Source: Candidatus Latescibacterota bacterium (GTDB lineage: Bacteria; Latescibacterota; UBA2968). From it: a stretch of DNA of 64,000 nucleotides. The notes below the pieces were generated by a model. The model saw only the letters and a program-made list of their open reading frames with translations. It was not told where the DNA came from and did no database searches. The stretch covers positions 1,600,001 to 1,664,000 of the forward strand of contig OZ241986.1 of the NCBI GenBank assembly GCA_965204375.1. The letters are read 5' to 3'. This document shows, piece by piece, positions 19,830-30,609 of the stretch. A program made the position numbers and the translations under genes. Within the stretch, counting starts at the first letter, position 1. Every line of letters starts with the position of its first letter.

Positions 19830-21338
19830 ATGCCAATTATTGATTCCCAAAAGAGCTTTGTAATTTTTATTGTGGTTGCTATCGCGCTCGTGGCACTCGG
19901 CAATCTGGTTTCTCGCAACTTTTTCTTTCGGCTGGACCTGACGGAGAATCAGATTTATTCGCTGTCGCCATCGAGCAAGGTGATACTCGAGAAGATCGAC
20001 GATTTTTTGACTGCTAAAGTCTATTTTTCCGAAAATTTGCCCGGACAATACGGCAATACGCGGCGGTATTTGCAGGATATTCTGGAAGAATATGCCGCGT
20101 ATTCTGATGGCAATTTTCGGTTTGAGTTTTACAGGCCCGATGACGATGAAAAATTGGCGCTTGACGCGCAAAAATCCGGTATTCAGCCAGTGCAATTGCA
20201 GGTACTCGAAAACGACAAATTTGAGGTGAAGCGCATTTATATGGGAATGGTGCTGCTCTACGGCGACAAACGAGAGGTGTTGCCGGTTATTCAAACGACT
20301 ACGGGGCTGGAATACGAGATTACAACGCGAATTAAAAAACTGGTTGACGATAACCGATCGGTAGTTGGGGTGGCGAATACCGGGGCTTCGGCACCGGCAA
20401 TGGAGCGGGTGAGTGCGCGACTTCGGGAAGCCTACGACGTGCGCTCGGTCTTTTTGAGTGCCGGTGTGCCCGACGATATTGAAATGTTGCTCGTCAATGG
20501 GGTTGTCGATTCTCTTTCTGAAGATGCACTCGGCGCGCTGAGGAACTATATCAACTCGGGAGGCAATCTGTTTTTGGCGCAAAGTAAGATCAATGGCGAC
20601 CTTCAGGCGCAGCGCGGGACGCCCATTCAGTCCAATATCTTCGAGGTGCTCGAACCATTTGGCGTGAGTCTGGCTGACAATCTGGTGATGGATCGGATTT
20701 GTGGCACGGTTACGGTGTCACAGCAGCGCGGTTTTTTACGCTTTAATTCGGCGGTGGAGTATCCTTTCTTTCCCGTGTTGCAATCTTTTCCCGATCACGA
20801 AATAGTCAGTGGCTTAGAGCAAGTGCAGATGTTGTTCTCCAGCGAGATTGTTTACGATACGGCTGATTCAACGCGCCTTGTAAAGCCTTTGCTGGTCACA
20901 TCGGATCATTCGGGTGCAGCGGCCGGGTTTATCAATCTCAACCCCATTCAAAATCAGGCATTTCAATCGCTTAACGAACCGGGCAAGGTGGTGGGAGTTT
21001 ATGCGACAGCTACCTCTGATAGTTTGGAAAATGTGATGAGCCAATTGGTGCTGGTGTCGTCCTCCGATTTTCTGCTCGACAACGGAGGAGGACAGGTGCC
21101 GTCCAATGGGATTTTTGTGATGAATGCGGTAGATGTGCTCATTGGTGACCGCGACCTCGTGGCTTTGAGATCGCGTGAGATTACAACGCGACCATTGCAA
21201 ACTATGGAGGATACGACTCGAACCACGGCAAAAACCCTCAATATTGCGCTGCCCGTGCTGCTGGTCATTGTTTTAGGTCTGGTGCAGTGGCGGCTTGTGG
21301 TGGCACGTGCAAAGCGATTGGAGGCACTCTATGAATAA
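19830..21338 (+). CDS. GldG-like ABC auxiliary component
   Basis: RLDLTENQIYSLS, LEYEIT, FVMNAVD.L.GD..L..LRSR, C-terminal TM. Confidence 0.85.
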   Translation: MPIIDSQKSFVIFIVVAIALVALGNLVSRNFFFRLDLTENQIYSLSPSSKVILEKIDDFLTAKVYFSENLPGQYGNTRRYLQDILEEYAAYSDGNFRFEFYRPDDDEKLALDAQKSGIQPVQLQVLENDKFEVKRIYMGMVLLYGDKREVLPVIQTTTGLEYEITTRIKKLVDDNRSVVGVANTGASAPAMERVSARLREAYDVRSVFLSAGVPDDIEMLLVNGVVDSLSEDALGALRNYINSGGNLFLAQSKINGDLQAQRGTPIQSNIFEVLEPFGVSLADNLVMDRICGTVTVSQQRGFLRFNSAVEYPFFPVLQSFPDHEIVSGLEQVQMLFSSEIVYDTADSTRLVKPLLVTSDHSGAAAGFINLNPIQNQAFQSLNEPGKVVGVYATATSDSLENVMSQLVLVSSSDFLLDNGGGQVPSNGIFVMNAVDVLIGDRDLVALRSREITTRPLQTMEDTTRTTAKTLNIALPVLLVIVLGLVQWRLVVARAKRLEALYE

Positions 21339-21936
21339 TTTAAAATGGCTTCTCATCGGGATTGCAGTACTGCTGGGTCTTTACGCGCTTTTGCAGGTGC
21401 GAGAGAGCGGATATACGACCCCTACAGGCCAGGTCTTTCCCGAGGATACTGATGATATTTACAGGGTTGAAATGACGACAAAGGGCGATAGCCTGACGCT
21501 GCAAAAGAAGGATCTTGAGTGGACGATTGTCGGACACGATACCCTGAAAATTCGGGATATGCGAATCACGGCACTATTTGAACAGGTACTAAAGGTGAGC
21601 CGCGAGACCCTGATGACGGACAAGTCTGACAACTGGTCTAAGTATGCCATAGATGACGCGATGGGAACGCATGTCAAGATCTATAATGCGAAAGATGAGC
21701 TGCTCGCGCATGCGGTATTCGGCAGGTCGAGTACCGATTGGGCGCGCAATTATGTGCGGATTGGCGATGGTCCAGAAGTGTATTTGACGGACAGAAGCAT
21801 CGTCTATCAGGTCAGCACCGATGCGACATTCTGGGGCGAAAAACCCCCAGAACCCGCGCCCTCAGCGGCGGATTCTGCAGCTGTAGCCCCCGCACCTGCA
21901 ATGGTGGATTCTGCTCAAGCAGGGGATGGAGGATAG
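21331..21936 (+). CDS. DUF4340-like protein
   Basis: N-terminal anchor, YVRIGDGPEVY; usual fourth gene of GldAFG-like operons. Confidence 0.65.
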   Translation: MNNLKWLLIGIAVLLGLYALLQVRESGYTTPTGQVFPEDTDDIYRVEMTTKGDSLTLQKKDLEWTIVGHDTLKIRDMRITALFEQVLKVSRETLMTDKSDNWSKYAIDDAMGTHVKIYNAKDELLAHAVFGRSSTDWARNYVRIGDGPEVYLTDRSIVYQVSTDATFWGEKPPEPAPSAADSAAVAPAPAMVDSAQAGDGG

Positions 21937-21963
21937 ACATACAGGTAGGAGGAATAAAAAAGG

Positions 21964-24900
21964 TCAGGGTGATTTAAACCGTGGCCTTTTTTTTATGCAT
22001 CGAAAAAATCCGTAAAGACCAAAAGAGAGTGGACCGAGACCTACGACCAGAACGCGCCAGAGGATTTTTTGGTCGGAGGACAAATAGGAAAAGCCCGGCG
22101 CGATTTTTCTGCGGGCTTGAAGATCGGCAAATTGCGGGCCATGTGTGAGATAGGCAACGGCATTGAGCAGGAATTGCTCGTGTTGAAAACCCGGCGCATA
22201 GAGATACTCGTTTTTGAACATTTCAGAACTGCCGACCAGCAGCAGGTGGCCTTGGGGATTGGGAATTGGGTGCGTAAGTGTGAGATCTGGAGCATTGAAT
22301 TCAGCTATGGGAAATGTGCCTGTCACGAGTAGTGCGAGAGGCTGATGGCCCAATAGGAGTGAATCTGGGGAAAATGCGGTTTTGGGCAACCATCCGCCCG
22401 ACCAGTGGTATGCCCAGGTGCGGTCTGACGTGCTGATTAGAGGCGTTACCGTTAGATTGTGCATCTGCAACCGATGCAGGTCTGGCACAAAGCGATTGCC
22501 CCAGATCAAGAGCTGATCACCGAGTTGTCGTGTAATGGGCAATGAGGTATCAAAATTTGGTGGAACAGCCCGGATGAGAAAGGGCAGAGCCACTTCCTGG
22601 GCGTCGTATTCGCGGACTGCGCGTCGATAAATCTGGGTTTCAAGCGCGAGGCGCGAGCGGGTTTGGTCCATGAGCACTTCGCGCGCCTGTGGAATGCCCA
22701 GGGGTTCCAGATAGCGGTTGAGGTCCTGGTATTGGGGCTGAGGCCAGTACACGGTTTCAAAATCCCCACCCGAATACTGGCGCTGTTGGATATTGTAGTG
22801 TTGTAGTGCGACAATAGTGCCGCCACCTCGAGCGAGGTGCTGGCTTAAGAGGGCGATCATGGGACTGGCATCTCGGCGTGGTTGCATCCAGATCACGAGG
22901 TCGGTTTGCGGCGGGAGATGGGGTGTGCGCGGATTGACATAGCTTACGCGGTATCCATAAGTACGCAAAAGCGTTTTTAGTTCACTGAATACATCGGCAC
23001 CTCTGGGAGGCGACAGGTGTTTCTGGCGATATTCATGCGCTTCGGCGGGGGAAAGACGCGGGGATTCAACGACAAGGGTAATATGGGGCATTTTACCCGT
23101 GGATAGACGAAGAGCAGCCGTTGCGAGTAAAAATTCGAGGTGATCTGTTGTTCGGTCATCTAAACGCGGGATGATAGTCGCGCTACCTGGGCGGTACAGC
23201 AAGAGACCGCTGATGATGGACTGCGAGATTTCCACGTCATTCTGCACAATTTTCACCTGATATGGGCGCAGGCCAATGCGGCTGAGATAAGCTGTTGACA
23301 GATCTTTGGGCCGTCGAATAGTGTAGCTTATGCCGAGGCTGTTGAGTCGCGCAATGGTCTCGGTTTCTACTTTTTTTAAGGCGGGGGGAAGATGAGCGCG
23401 AGTAGGGATGATCAGATCAGCTTTGGGAATTTGATTTTGAATTTGCTCCCGAGAAAATGGCAAAGGAGTATGTATTTTTTCGGCTGTGAGGTCGAGTAAT
23501 TGGCCCCACTGGTAGGACCAGAGGGGGGAGGCAATAATCAGCACCGCTATCGCAATACATGCACGTAAGGAGAGATGTCCAAAAGATACGCGCATCTGTC
23601 TGTTATAGTACAAGCACACGCCCAGGGTGAGGAGGATCAAGGGGACAACGAATACGACACAGACACGCCAGATCACGCGCGAAGTCGCGCTTAGTTGTGG
23701 TATTGGCGGCGATGATGGTCTTTTAACGCGACCGCGCACAATGCGATCGTGGTCGGTGAATGTGTGCATGATTGTCTGAAGAAAGACGCGATGGGCGTAG
23801 TTGGGTTGATTAAATATGCCATCGCGAAACGGGCTGGACGTTGCGAGCACCAGAAGTTTTCCTTTCCACGGATCTCGGTGCCTGAGACGCAGCATCACAT
23901 TTTGTTTTCCTATTGTGATTATTTCCTTCAGGTGGATGTTTGTAAATGGCTCTGTTGGAAGGGGTTGTATATACGTATTATCCGTGGTTGTGCCCAGAAT
24001 ATCGAGGTGATAGTCGGATACCGCACGCGAATCGACTGTTAGAGCACCTGCCGATACAAAATTCAGCGCGCCTCTGGCTGGTGATAAAAAGCCTTTGAGG
24101 TCGTAAAAACCCGGCATAACGCGCAGGTGAAAGGGGGCATTGATCTGGTGGATTTTGTTTTTTGCATCGCGGAATAAGATCGTTCCCTGGCTCTGATCCA
24201 TCAAAAGATCGGATTGTGGGCGTATTCCCAGAGGTGCTAAAATTTTTTCCCAGGTCGCGTTGAAATATGCGCGGTATGTTACGTCTCCAGTATCATTGAC
24301 CGCGTAGTCGATGGAATAGGGGCTACCGGCAAGTACGACCGTGCGGCCTTTGTCAATCGCATTTTGAAGGGCACGGGGGTTGGCGGTTGTGGGATCAATC
24401 CAAAAGATGATATCGGCATCTGATGGAATCGCGTTGGAATCGGCGAGGGCAATATCACCCCATTGGCCGAGAAATTTTGTGAAGAGACCAAATTGTTGTG
24501 GCGCAGAGACCGCAATGACAGGGCGTGGGGGATGGGCGAGTGCTTTGAGATGGGCCAGCAGTAGATGTTCGAGATAAGGTATATCTGAGGATGTGATCCT
24601 GGGGATCAAAATTTCGGGGTGATCGCCATAAGCGATGACGAGCGAAGACCAGACCGCTTGTTCGCTGTGTTCGTCGCGTTGAATATCGCTTACATGAAAG
24701 GGGGCGACTTTTTTTTCGATGGCATAAGTACGTCCAAATTCAGAGTCGGGATCCACAATGCGATAATCTATGCGGTCAGGAGCCAGTGCCTTGAGGCGCG
24801 CGAGAAGGTTTTGCACGGGTGTTCTCACACCCATTAGATGCTTCGCGATATACGTCAGGGAAAGGGGCACTTCGAGTTTGGTATAAAAGGCTTGTGAATC

Positions 24901-25047
24901 GGTCGAAAGCGTTGCCGTCAGATGCAGGCGTCCTGTGTTCTGATTTTCCAAAAGACGACCTGTGTAAAATACCAGGGCGAGAAAAAAAAGAAAGACCAGA
25001 AGAAATTTTATCCCACTATATGTGCTGTAGTTGCTTTTCATTTGCAT
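21964..25047 (-). CDS. Tandem double-domain GldG-like protein
   Basis: Two GldG-like halves (LLMDQ, PFHLR/PFLIR, SSPFRD/SSEMFKN, LDLTAEK) separated by TM segments. Confidence 0.7.
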   Translation of the reverse strand: MQMKSNYSTYSGIKFLLVFLFFLALVFYTGRLLENQNTGRLHLTATLSTDSQAFYTKLEVPLSLTYIAKHLMGVRTPVQNLLARLKALAPDRIDYRIVDPDSEFGRTYAIEKKVAPFHVSDIQRDEHSEQAVWSSLVIAYGDHPEILIPRITSSDIPYLEHLLLAHLKALAHPPRPVIAVSAPQQFGLFTKFLGQWGDIALADSNAIPSDADIIFWIDPTTANPRALQNAIDKGRTVVLAGSPYSIDYAVNDTGDVTYRAYFNATWEKILAPLGIRPQSDLLMDQSQGTILFRDAKNKIHQINAPFHLRVMPGFYDLKGFLSPARGALNFVSAGALTVDSRAVSDYHLDILGTTTDNTYIQPLPTEPFTNIHLKEIITIGKQNVMLRLRHRDPWKGKLLVLATSSPFRDGIFNQPNYAHRVFLQTIMHTFTDHDRIVRGRVKRPSSPPIPQLSATSRVIWRVCVVFVVPLILLTLGVCLYYNRQMRVSFGHLSLRACIAIAVLIIASPLWSYQWGQLLDLTAEKIHTPLPFSREQIQNQIPKADLIIPTRAHLPPALKKVETETIARLNSLGISYTIRRPKDLSTAYLSRIGLRPYQVKIVQNDVEISQSIISGLLLYRPGSATIIPRLDDRTTDHLEFLLATAALRLSTGKMPHITLVVESPRLSPAEAHEYRQKHLSPPRGADVFSELKTLLRTYGYRVSYVNPRTPHLPPQTDLVIWMQPRRDASPMIALLSQHLARGGGTIVALQHYNIQQRQYSGGDFETVYWPQPQYQDLNRYLEPLGIPQAREVLMDQTRSRLALETQIYRRAVREYDAQEVALPFLIRAVPPNFDTSLPITRQLGDQLLIWGNRFVPDLHRLQMHNLTVTPLISTSDRTWAYHWSGGWLPKTAFSPDSLLLGHQPLALLVTGTFPIAEFNAPDLTLTHPIPNPQGHLLLVGSSEMFKNEYLYAPGFQHEQFLLNAVAYLTHGPQFADLQARRKIAPGFSYLSSDQKILWRVLVVGLGPLSFGLYGFFRCIKKRPRFKSP

Positions 25048-25073
25048 CCAACTGCGGACTATTATTCCGAACT

Positions 25074-25112
25074 CATCCGCGCCATCCGCGTAATCCGCAT
25101 CATCCGCGATCC
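25074..25112 (-). repeat. GCGGAT-type short repeat cluster overlapping a stop codon
   Basis: Minus strand GGATCGCGGATGATGCGGATTACGCGGATGGCGCGGATG. Confidence 0.6.
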
Positions 25113-25861
25113 CGTTTGAGAGACAGATCGTTCATCCAGAGAAAAAAGGCACTTAGCAAGGTGAAATAGAGCACTGCGGGCAGGGCAATGATGCCGCGGG
25201 TAAAGGCACTGTAGTGCGGGGCAATGGAGAGCGATTCATAGAGCAGGCTACCGATATGATATGCGGGGGCCAATCCGTCGAGAATTTCAACCACTTTTTC
25301 GTGTCCACTCAAAACAAATACAAACCCCAATAGCACTGCGATGACATAAGCAACAATTTGATCGCGCGTAAGACCCGATGCAAACAGGCCAAAAGCAAGA
25401 AAAAATGCGCCCAGACAGAGCGCGCCCAAATAGGATGAAAAAATCAGACCGAGGTCTGGAGACCCCAGAAAGAGCAGCATGAAAACGATGGGCAAGGTGC
25501 CCAAGAGAACGATCAGGTAAAACACAAGGGCGGATAGATATTTGCCCAGTACAATCTGGATGGATAGAAGAGGCATGGTCATCAATAATTCAATGGTGTG
25601 TTGCGAATGTTCTTCGGCCCATGCACGCATGGTTATGGCCGGGATAAATGGTATGAGAAAAAAGGGGAGCAAGTCAAAATAAGGTGCCATATCGAGTACG
25701 CCTTTGAGAAAAAAGGCGTTCATAAATGTCGAACAGGACAAAAGGAGGAAAACCGAGGCATAGACATAGGCGATTGGCGCGTCAAAATAGGCATTGATTT
25801 CGCGGACAAAGATCACGCCAATGCCCCGTGCAAAGTCCTTTGGGCGCAAGCGATTGGGCAT
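25100..25861 (-). CDS. ABC-2 permease (GldF-like)
   Basis: REINAYFDAPIAY, TIELLMTMP, SGLTRDQIVA. Confidence 0.85.
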   Translation of the reverse strand: MPNRLRPKDFARGIGVIFVREINAYFDAPIAYVYASVFLLLSCSTFMNAFFLKGVLDMAPYFDLLPFFLIPFIPAITMRAWAEEHSQHTIELLMTMPLLSIQIVLGKYLSALVFYLIVLLGTLPIVFMLLFLGSPDLGLIFSSYLGALCLGAFFLAFGLFASGLTRDQIVAYVIAVLLGFVFVLSGHEKVVEILDGLAPAYHIGSLLYESLSIAPHYSAFTRGIIALPAVLYFTLLSAFFLWMNDLSLKRDRG

Positions 25862-25874
25862 GCGCGGTTACTCC

Positions 25875-26597
25875 TTAGTTTTGCAGATGTACAAGATGGG
25901 TAAAAATGGCCTCGAGATCTTTGGGCTGCCCCGTTTTTTGCGCCAGATTATCTATGCTGCCATCGGCTAATAAATTGCCCTGATGTATGATAAGCACGCG
26001 GTCAGATAGGGCAGCGACTTCATGTATAATATGGCTGCTAAATAAGATAATCCGATTTTCGCTGAGGGATTGGATCAGGTCTCGAAATGCCAGAACTTGC
26101 AGGGGGTCAAAACCGTGTGTGGGTTCATCGAGCAGGAGAATAGGTGGGTCGTGGATAAGAGCAGCCCCTACACCGATGCGCTGACGAAATCCCGTGGAGC
26201 ACTGGTCGATGCGTTTGTAAAGATGGGGGGAGAGGCCGCATATATCGACAACCCAGGCGAGTTTTTTTTCGAGTATATCGCCAGAAAGTCCACGCGCTTT
26301 GCCGCAAAATCTCAAAAATTTATCTACGCGCATGGCCTGATAGAGCGGTGTGTCGCCGGAGAGGTAGCCGATTTTACGGCGTATGGACAATGGGTGGGTT
26401 ACCACGTCGAGGCCATCAATTGTGATTTTGCCCGAGGTGGGTAAAAGATAGGTCGCCAGCATTTTGAGCACGGTACTTTTGCCCGCACCATTGGGACCGA
26501 CAAATCCTACAATTTCGCCAGGCTCGAGCGAAAAACTGATGTTTTCAACGGCCCTGATTGAACCGTACCATTTTGTGACATCTGTGACTTGAATCAT
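25875..26597 (-). CDS. ABC transporter ATP-binding protein (GldA-like)
   Basis: GPNGAGKST, STGFRQRIG, DEPTHGFDP; start at MIQVTDV. Confidence 0.88.
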   Translation of the reverse strand: MIQVTDVTKWYGSIRAVENISFSLEPGEIVGFVGPNGAGKSTVLKMLATYLLPTSGKITIDGLDVVTHPLSIRRKIGYLSGDTPLYQAMRVDKFLRFCGKARGLSGDILEKKLAWVVDICGLSPHLYKRIDQCSTGFRQRIGVGAALIHDPPILLLDEPTHGFDPLQVLAFRDLIQSLSENRIILFSSHIIHEVAALSDRVLIIHQGNLLADGSIDNLAQKTGQPKDLEAIFTHLVHLQN

Positions 26598-26731
26598 AGG
26601 AGAGTAGGGAAAAGCAATATTAAAATCTGAATTTGGGATTGGAAAGGATGAACACAATGGGTATATTGGGCACAACTTTATCATATGTGTAAAGGGGGCA
26701 GATTCAGGATTTTGCCTCTATCGCTAACTAC

Positions 26732-27697
26732 ATGAAATCTATGGACAAACCTATAACAAAAAAAGGCTTTTGTGCCTACTATCTGGGCGGTCTGTTTGTC
26801 AGGATGAGCGATAACAACCTCTTTTTGCTCTGTGGAGGCCTGGCATTTGCTACTCTTTTGTGTCTCGTTCCCCTGGTTTTTCTACTCTTCTTCGTATTTG
26901 AAGTCATTCTGGACGTCGGTGCGATAGCTCACCTGATCAATCGAACGGTGGATGTACTCATCCCATATACAGAAGAGGCCGGGTACCTGAAGGAAGTTTT
27001 ATCCGCGCGTGTCTCAGGCGTCATGACCTTCAAAGAGGCTTATGGGGTTTCGGGTTTGCTGATTTTGATCGTGAGCGCCAGCAGTCTGTTCAGCAGCATG
27101 AGAACCTTGCTCAATGCGGTCTTTAAGGTCGAGCATAGTTCAGGACAGAAAGAGGGCGAGATAGACCTGATCACGGTGGAACAGTTAAAAAATATGGATA
27201 CCCCAGGACGCTGGGTAAAATTTTTGTATGGCGTTTTGCCAATAGTAGTGGGCAAACTGAAGGATCTCACTATGGTACTCCTGGTAGTGTATATTTTTCT
27301 TCTATTAGTCCTCTCACTGCCCATCCTATCTGCCGTCATCGACATCGCTCCGTCTCTGATCGCCTATGTGACCTACTTTTACGGTCTCACCTCCTTCGCC
27401 CTGATTTTTGCCGTGTTTCTGGGGCTATACTGGCTGGTTCCACACCAGAAAATCCAGATAAAGATGCTGGTCACAGGTGCTTTTTGGGCTGCTTTACTGT
27501 GGAAAATTACCGAATGGATTTTTGGCTATTATCTGAGTCACTTCGCATCTATATCGTATCTGTATGGGGCTTATGTTCTGCTGGTAGTCGTGGCCTTGTG
27601 GATATACTTCTCGGTAATCATTTTTATTATAGGTGCTCAGATCGCCCAACTCTGCCGCGAAAGGCCATCTGCTGACCTTCAAAGTTCTTTATTTTAA
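26732..27697 (+). CDS. YihY/BrkB-family membrane protein
   Basis: GLAFATLLCLVP, LYWLVP, YGA...VVVALWIYFS..IFIIGAQI. Confidence 0.85.
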   Translation: MKSMDKPITKKGFCAYYLGGLFVRMSDNNLFLLCGGLAFATLLCLVPLVFLLFFVFEVILDVGAIAHLINRTVDVLIPYTEEAGYLKEVLSARVSGVMTFKEAYGVSGLLILIVSASSLFSSMRTLLNAVFKVEHSSGQKEGEIDLITVEQLKNMDTPGRWVKFLYGVLPIVVGKLKDLTMVLLVVYIFLLLVLSLPILSAVIDIAPSLIAYVTYFYGLTSFALIFAVFLGLYWLVPHQKIQIKMLVTGAFWAALLWKITEWIFGYYLSHFASISYLYGAYVLLVVVALWIYFSVIIFIIGAQIAQLCRERPSADLQSSLF

Positions 27698-27738
27698 AAA
27701 AAGAAGCCGAGTTTTTTGAAAAACTCGGCTTCTTTATT
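27696..27738. terminator. Bidirectional terminator
   Basis: AAAGAAGCCGAGTTTTT / AAAAACTCGGCTTCTTT perfect inverted repeat. Confidence 0.8.
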
Positions 27739-27754
27739 AATTGGCCTACAACAC

Positions 27755-30421
27755 TTAAAATTTGAAATCGTAACTGGCTTTTGCGTACAGGAATGTGCCG
27801 CCAAAACCATAAGGGCTGTACTCGCCGAATGGCCTGCCCACTATGGGGCCAGGGTTGACGCCTTCTTCGATATTATTGGGCTCGACATTGAGAATATTCT
27901 GAATGCCAGCGGTTATTGTCGCTCCATTGCCAATCGAGAAGCTGGACTCGATATCGACCAAAAATGCGTCACCAAAGACTTGATGCCCCACGCTCCACTC
28001 ATCCCAGGAACCGTAATAATTGACGCGCCCCAATGCACTCCAATAAGACGTTATGGGTTTTGACAGAGTCAAATTTCCGCGATGCCTGGGAAGGCCCTTT
28101 TCCAATAGCGTGATGCGCTGTTCGTCGAGAAGGGCCGGGTCGTGTTTGGTCACTTCGGTGTTGGTGTAGTTATACGCGACACTCAGTGCGCCATAACACC
28201 AAACTGGCGCCGTGAGAACAAAGTCAATCCCCTGGGTTTGCGTTTCAAAGTCGTTGGTAAAGAACGCGAATTCTTGCAGGTTTCTCGCATTGATGCCCGT
28301 AGCCTCCAATTGGTCAATTTGTTGCGGTGTAAGTGCCTTGTCGCTGGAGGTTGTCATGCGATCTTTCACTGAAATATTGAAATAGTCTATCGTTATATTG
28401 AGCGGGGCGATATTGGTATCAACGGGATAAACGTGCTTCGTGATAATAAGGCCCGCCGAGATATTGATCGACTTTTCCGGTTTAAGCCCCTCGCCGCCTA
28501 CCAGCGAGGCTGCGGGATGGATAGAGGGAATCGTGCCTCTATTGACCAGGATAAAATTGCCGTCGTCATCTTCTCCAAACTCGGTCGTGACATTAAAGGC
28601 ATTTTGCTGCCCCGGCGAGGGTGCTCTGAAGCCCGTGCTAAAACTGCCGCGCACTCTCACATTTTCATTTACTTCGAAGTTGGTCGCCAGCTTGAAATTG
28701 GTCGTGGCACCAAAATCCTCGAAGTTTTCAAAGCGCAGTGCAGCACCGAGCAACCAGTTCTCCTGTGGATTAAATTCGGCATCTGCATAAATCGCCCAGT
28801 TGGAACGGCTCCAATTCCCGGAGGCAATATCGCCGAAACCGGGAAAGCCGTTGGAAGCCGAGCTAAATCTCTGGCTCGCCAGAGGACCTATTTCAAAAGA
28901 CTCGCGCTGTCCGGGCACAACTTCAAAGTTTTCAATGCGATATTCAAGACCGGTAGCGAAAAAGAATTCTTCGCTGAACGGATACGTCACATCAAAATTG
29001 AAATTGGTATCCGTCTGGATATAGTCTCCGGGGTTAAATTCCGTTGGCGTGTTGGGCCCCAGAGAGGCATTCACCGTATTGAAGATGAAGAAATCAGAGT
29101 GGTGACGACCATAAGATGCGCTGAGGTCCCATGTCAGCAGCGACCGCGTTCCCCTGATACCCGCCAAAAAGGCACGATCTACCGTATTTCCGCCAAATCG
29201 GGGGGTAAAACCACCGGGAAAGAGTTCCTGGAATGTGAACAAATTGGGATCGTCGAAAACCTGTTTTAAGGCTATCGGATCTGGCTCCGAGCAGGTTATG
29301 GCTACCACAGGAACATCGCCACCGCTCATGTTGCCAACGAGCAATGTCGCGACCAGATTGCCGTTTACGCCATCGACAATCCCCAAGGCTTCGGCTTCCG
29401 ATTTCGTGTAATAGTTCGTGCCATCCCACATCAATACGGGTCCCTGATAGACGGCACCGCGCGTATTGGGATTGCGGAAGTAGAAACCACCCTCAACTTC
29501 CTTGCTCGCATAGTTACCGTGCCCGTAAAACTCGATATTCTCGTTAATATTAGCACCGTAATTGGCAAAAATTTTCAGGTCGTCTCTAACAAAGGGTTGC
29601 CCCCAGTTTTGTGCGGGATCCTTCACATGGGTATTGCCAACGCGAATCAAACGCGCGGCATCGTCGCGTTGAACAGCTCGGTCAGTTTCATCCGTATTGC
29701 CGTATTCCACGCTGAGGTTGATCCAGGTATCGGGTGTACCCAGACCGATATTGCCAGCCAGGGCGTAAGTACCTCCGTCCCCTTGCCGGAAAATACCGGG
29801 TTTGATTTCAATAGAGCCGCCTTCGTAATTGTCTTTGAGTTCAAAATTCAACACGCCTGCAATAGCGTCAGAACCGTATTGCGCGGACGCGCCATCGCGC
29901 AGGACTTCCACGCGCTTGAGGGCAATACTCGGGATAGCGGATATGTCGGGACCTTGCGCGGCATTGGAGAGACCATTGCCCAACCAATAAATTACGGATG
30001 CGCGGTGACGTCGCTTGCCGTTGACGAGCACCAGCGCGTGGTCGGGGGCCAGTCCTCGCAGATTGGGCGGTCGCACGACGGTTGCCGCATCACTGATCGG
30101 TTGGAGGTTGACATTGTAAGAGGGCACAACATTTCTCAGCAAGTCCTGTACATCGCTACCGCCTTGCTTGACGAAATCTTCGCCGGTAACCACATCGATG
30201 GGCACGGCGGATTCGGTGACAGAACGCGGTTGTGCGCGGGTACCGATGACCACCAATTCTTCGAGCACGACCACTTCTTCGAGTATGTCTGTGAGCGGGG
30301 GTAAGGCAGTTGTATCCGCGCTTTCGGTACGCGGTGCTTCCTGTGATACGACAGCACCACTCATCGCAAGCAGGGCAACGAGGCCAAGGGCGAGAGACTT
30401 GAAATGGGATTTCTGTTCCAT
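27755..30421 (-). CDS. TonB-dependent receptor
   Basis: Signal peptide, EELVVIGTR TonB-box region, plug RVEVLRDGASAQYGSDAIAGVLN, STGFRAP, C-terminal Phe. Confidence 0.92.
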   Translation of the reverse strand: MEQKSHFKSLALGLVALLAMSGAVVSQEAPRTESADTTALPPLTDILEEVVVLEELVVIGTRAQPRSVTESAVPIDVVTGEDFVKQGGSDVQDLLRNVVPSYNVNLQPISDAATVVRPPNLRGLAPDHALVLVNGKRRHRASVIYWLGNGLSNAAQGPDISAIPSIALKRVEVLRDGASAQYGSDAIAGVLNFELKDNYEGGSIEIKPGIFRQGDGGTYALAGNIGLGTPDTWINLSVEYGNTDETDRAVQRDDAARLIRVGNTHVKDPAQNWGQPFVRDDLKIFANYGANINENIEFYGHGNYASKEVEGGFYFRNPNTRGAVYQGPVLMWDGTNYYTKSEAEALGIVDGVNGNLVATLLVGNMSGGDVPVVAITCSEPDPIALKQVFDDPNLFTFQELFPGGFTPRFGGNTVDRAFLAGIRGTRSLLTWDLSASYGRHHSDFFIFNTVNASLGPNTPTEFNPGDYIQTDTNFNFDVTYPFSEEFFFATGLEYRIENFEVVPGQRESFEIGPLASQRFSSASNGFPGFGDIASGNWSRSNWAIYADAEFNPQENWLLGAALRFENFEDFGATTNFKLATNFEVNENVRVRGSFSTGFRAPSPGQQNAFNVTTEFGEDDDGNFILVNRGTIPSIHPAASLVGGEGLKPEKSINISAGLIITKHVYPVDTNIAPLNITIDYFNISVKDRMTTSSDKALTPQQIDQLEATGINARNLQEFAFFTNDFETQTQGIDFVLTAPVWCYGALSVAYNYTNTEVTKHDPALLDEQRITLLEKGLPRHRGNLTLSKPITSYWSALGRVNYYGSWDEWSVGHQVFGDAFLVDIESSFSIGNGATITAGIQNILNVEPNNIEEGVNPGPIVGRPFGEYSPYGFGGTFLYAKASYDFKF

Positions 30422-30494
30422 AAAAAAACTCCTTTGTGTTGTGAACACGGGGGAGAGATACGGTTTTAGACTGTACGCATTCCAGATTAGACAA

Positions 30495-30523
30495 AAAATA
30501 ACTTGAGATTTACGCAGCGTCAA
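30495..30523 (-). promoter_or_regulatory. Putative sigma70 promoter of TBDR 1
   Basis: TTGACG-17 bp-TATTTT, same boxes and spacing upstream of paralogue. Confidence 0.6.
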
Positions 30524-30543
30524 TATCTATTACAAATTATTAC

Positions 30544-30575
30544 AAAAAAGAAGCCGCGAAAAAACGCGGCTTCTT
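30544..30575 (-). terminator. Intrinsic terminator after TBDR 2
   Basis: AAGAAGCCGCG-AAAAAA-CGCGGCTTCTT; T run on minus strand. Confidence 0.75.
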
Positions 30576-30609
30576 AGCTATCGGGTGAACAATCCTTTTG
30601 AACAACGAC

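Noticed and set aside
18177-26597. Gliding motility locus
   Set aside because: GldAFG-like ABC systems are widespread, and no motor or T9SS genes are present.
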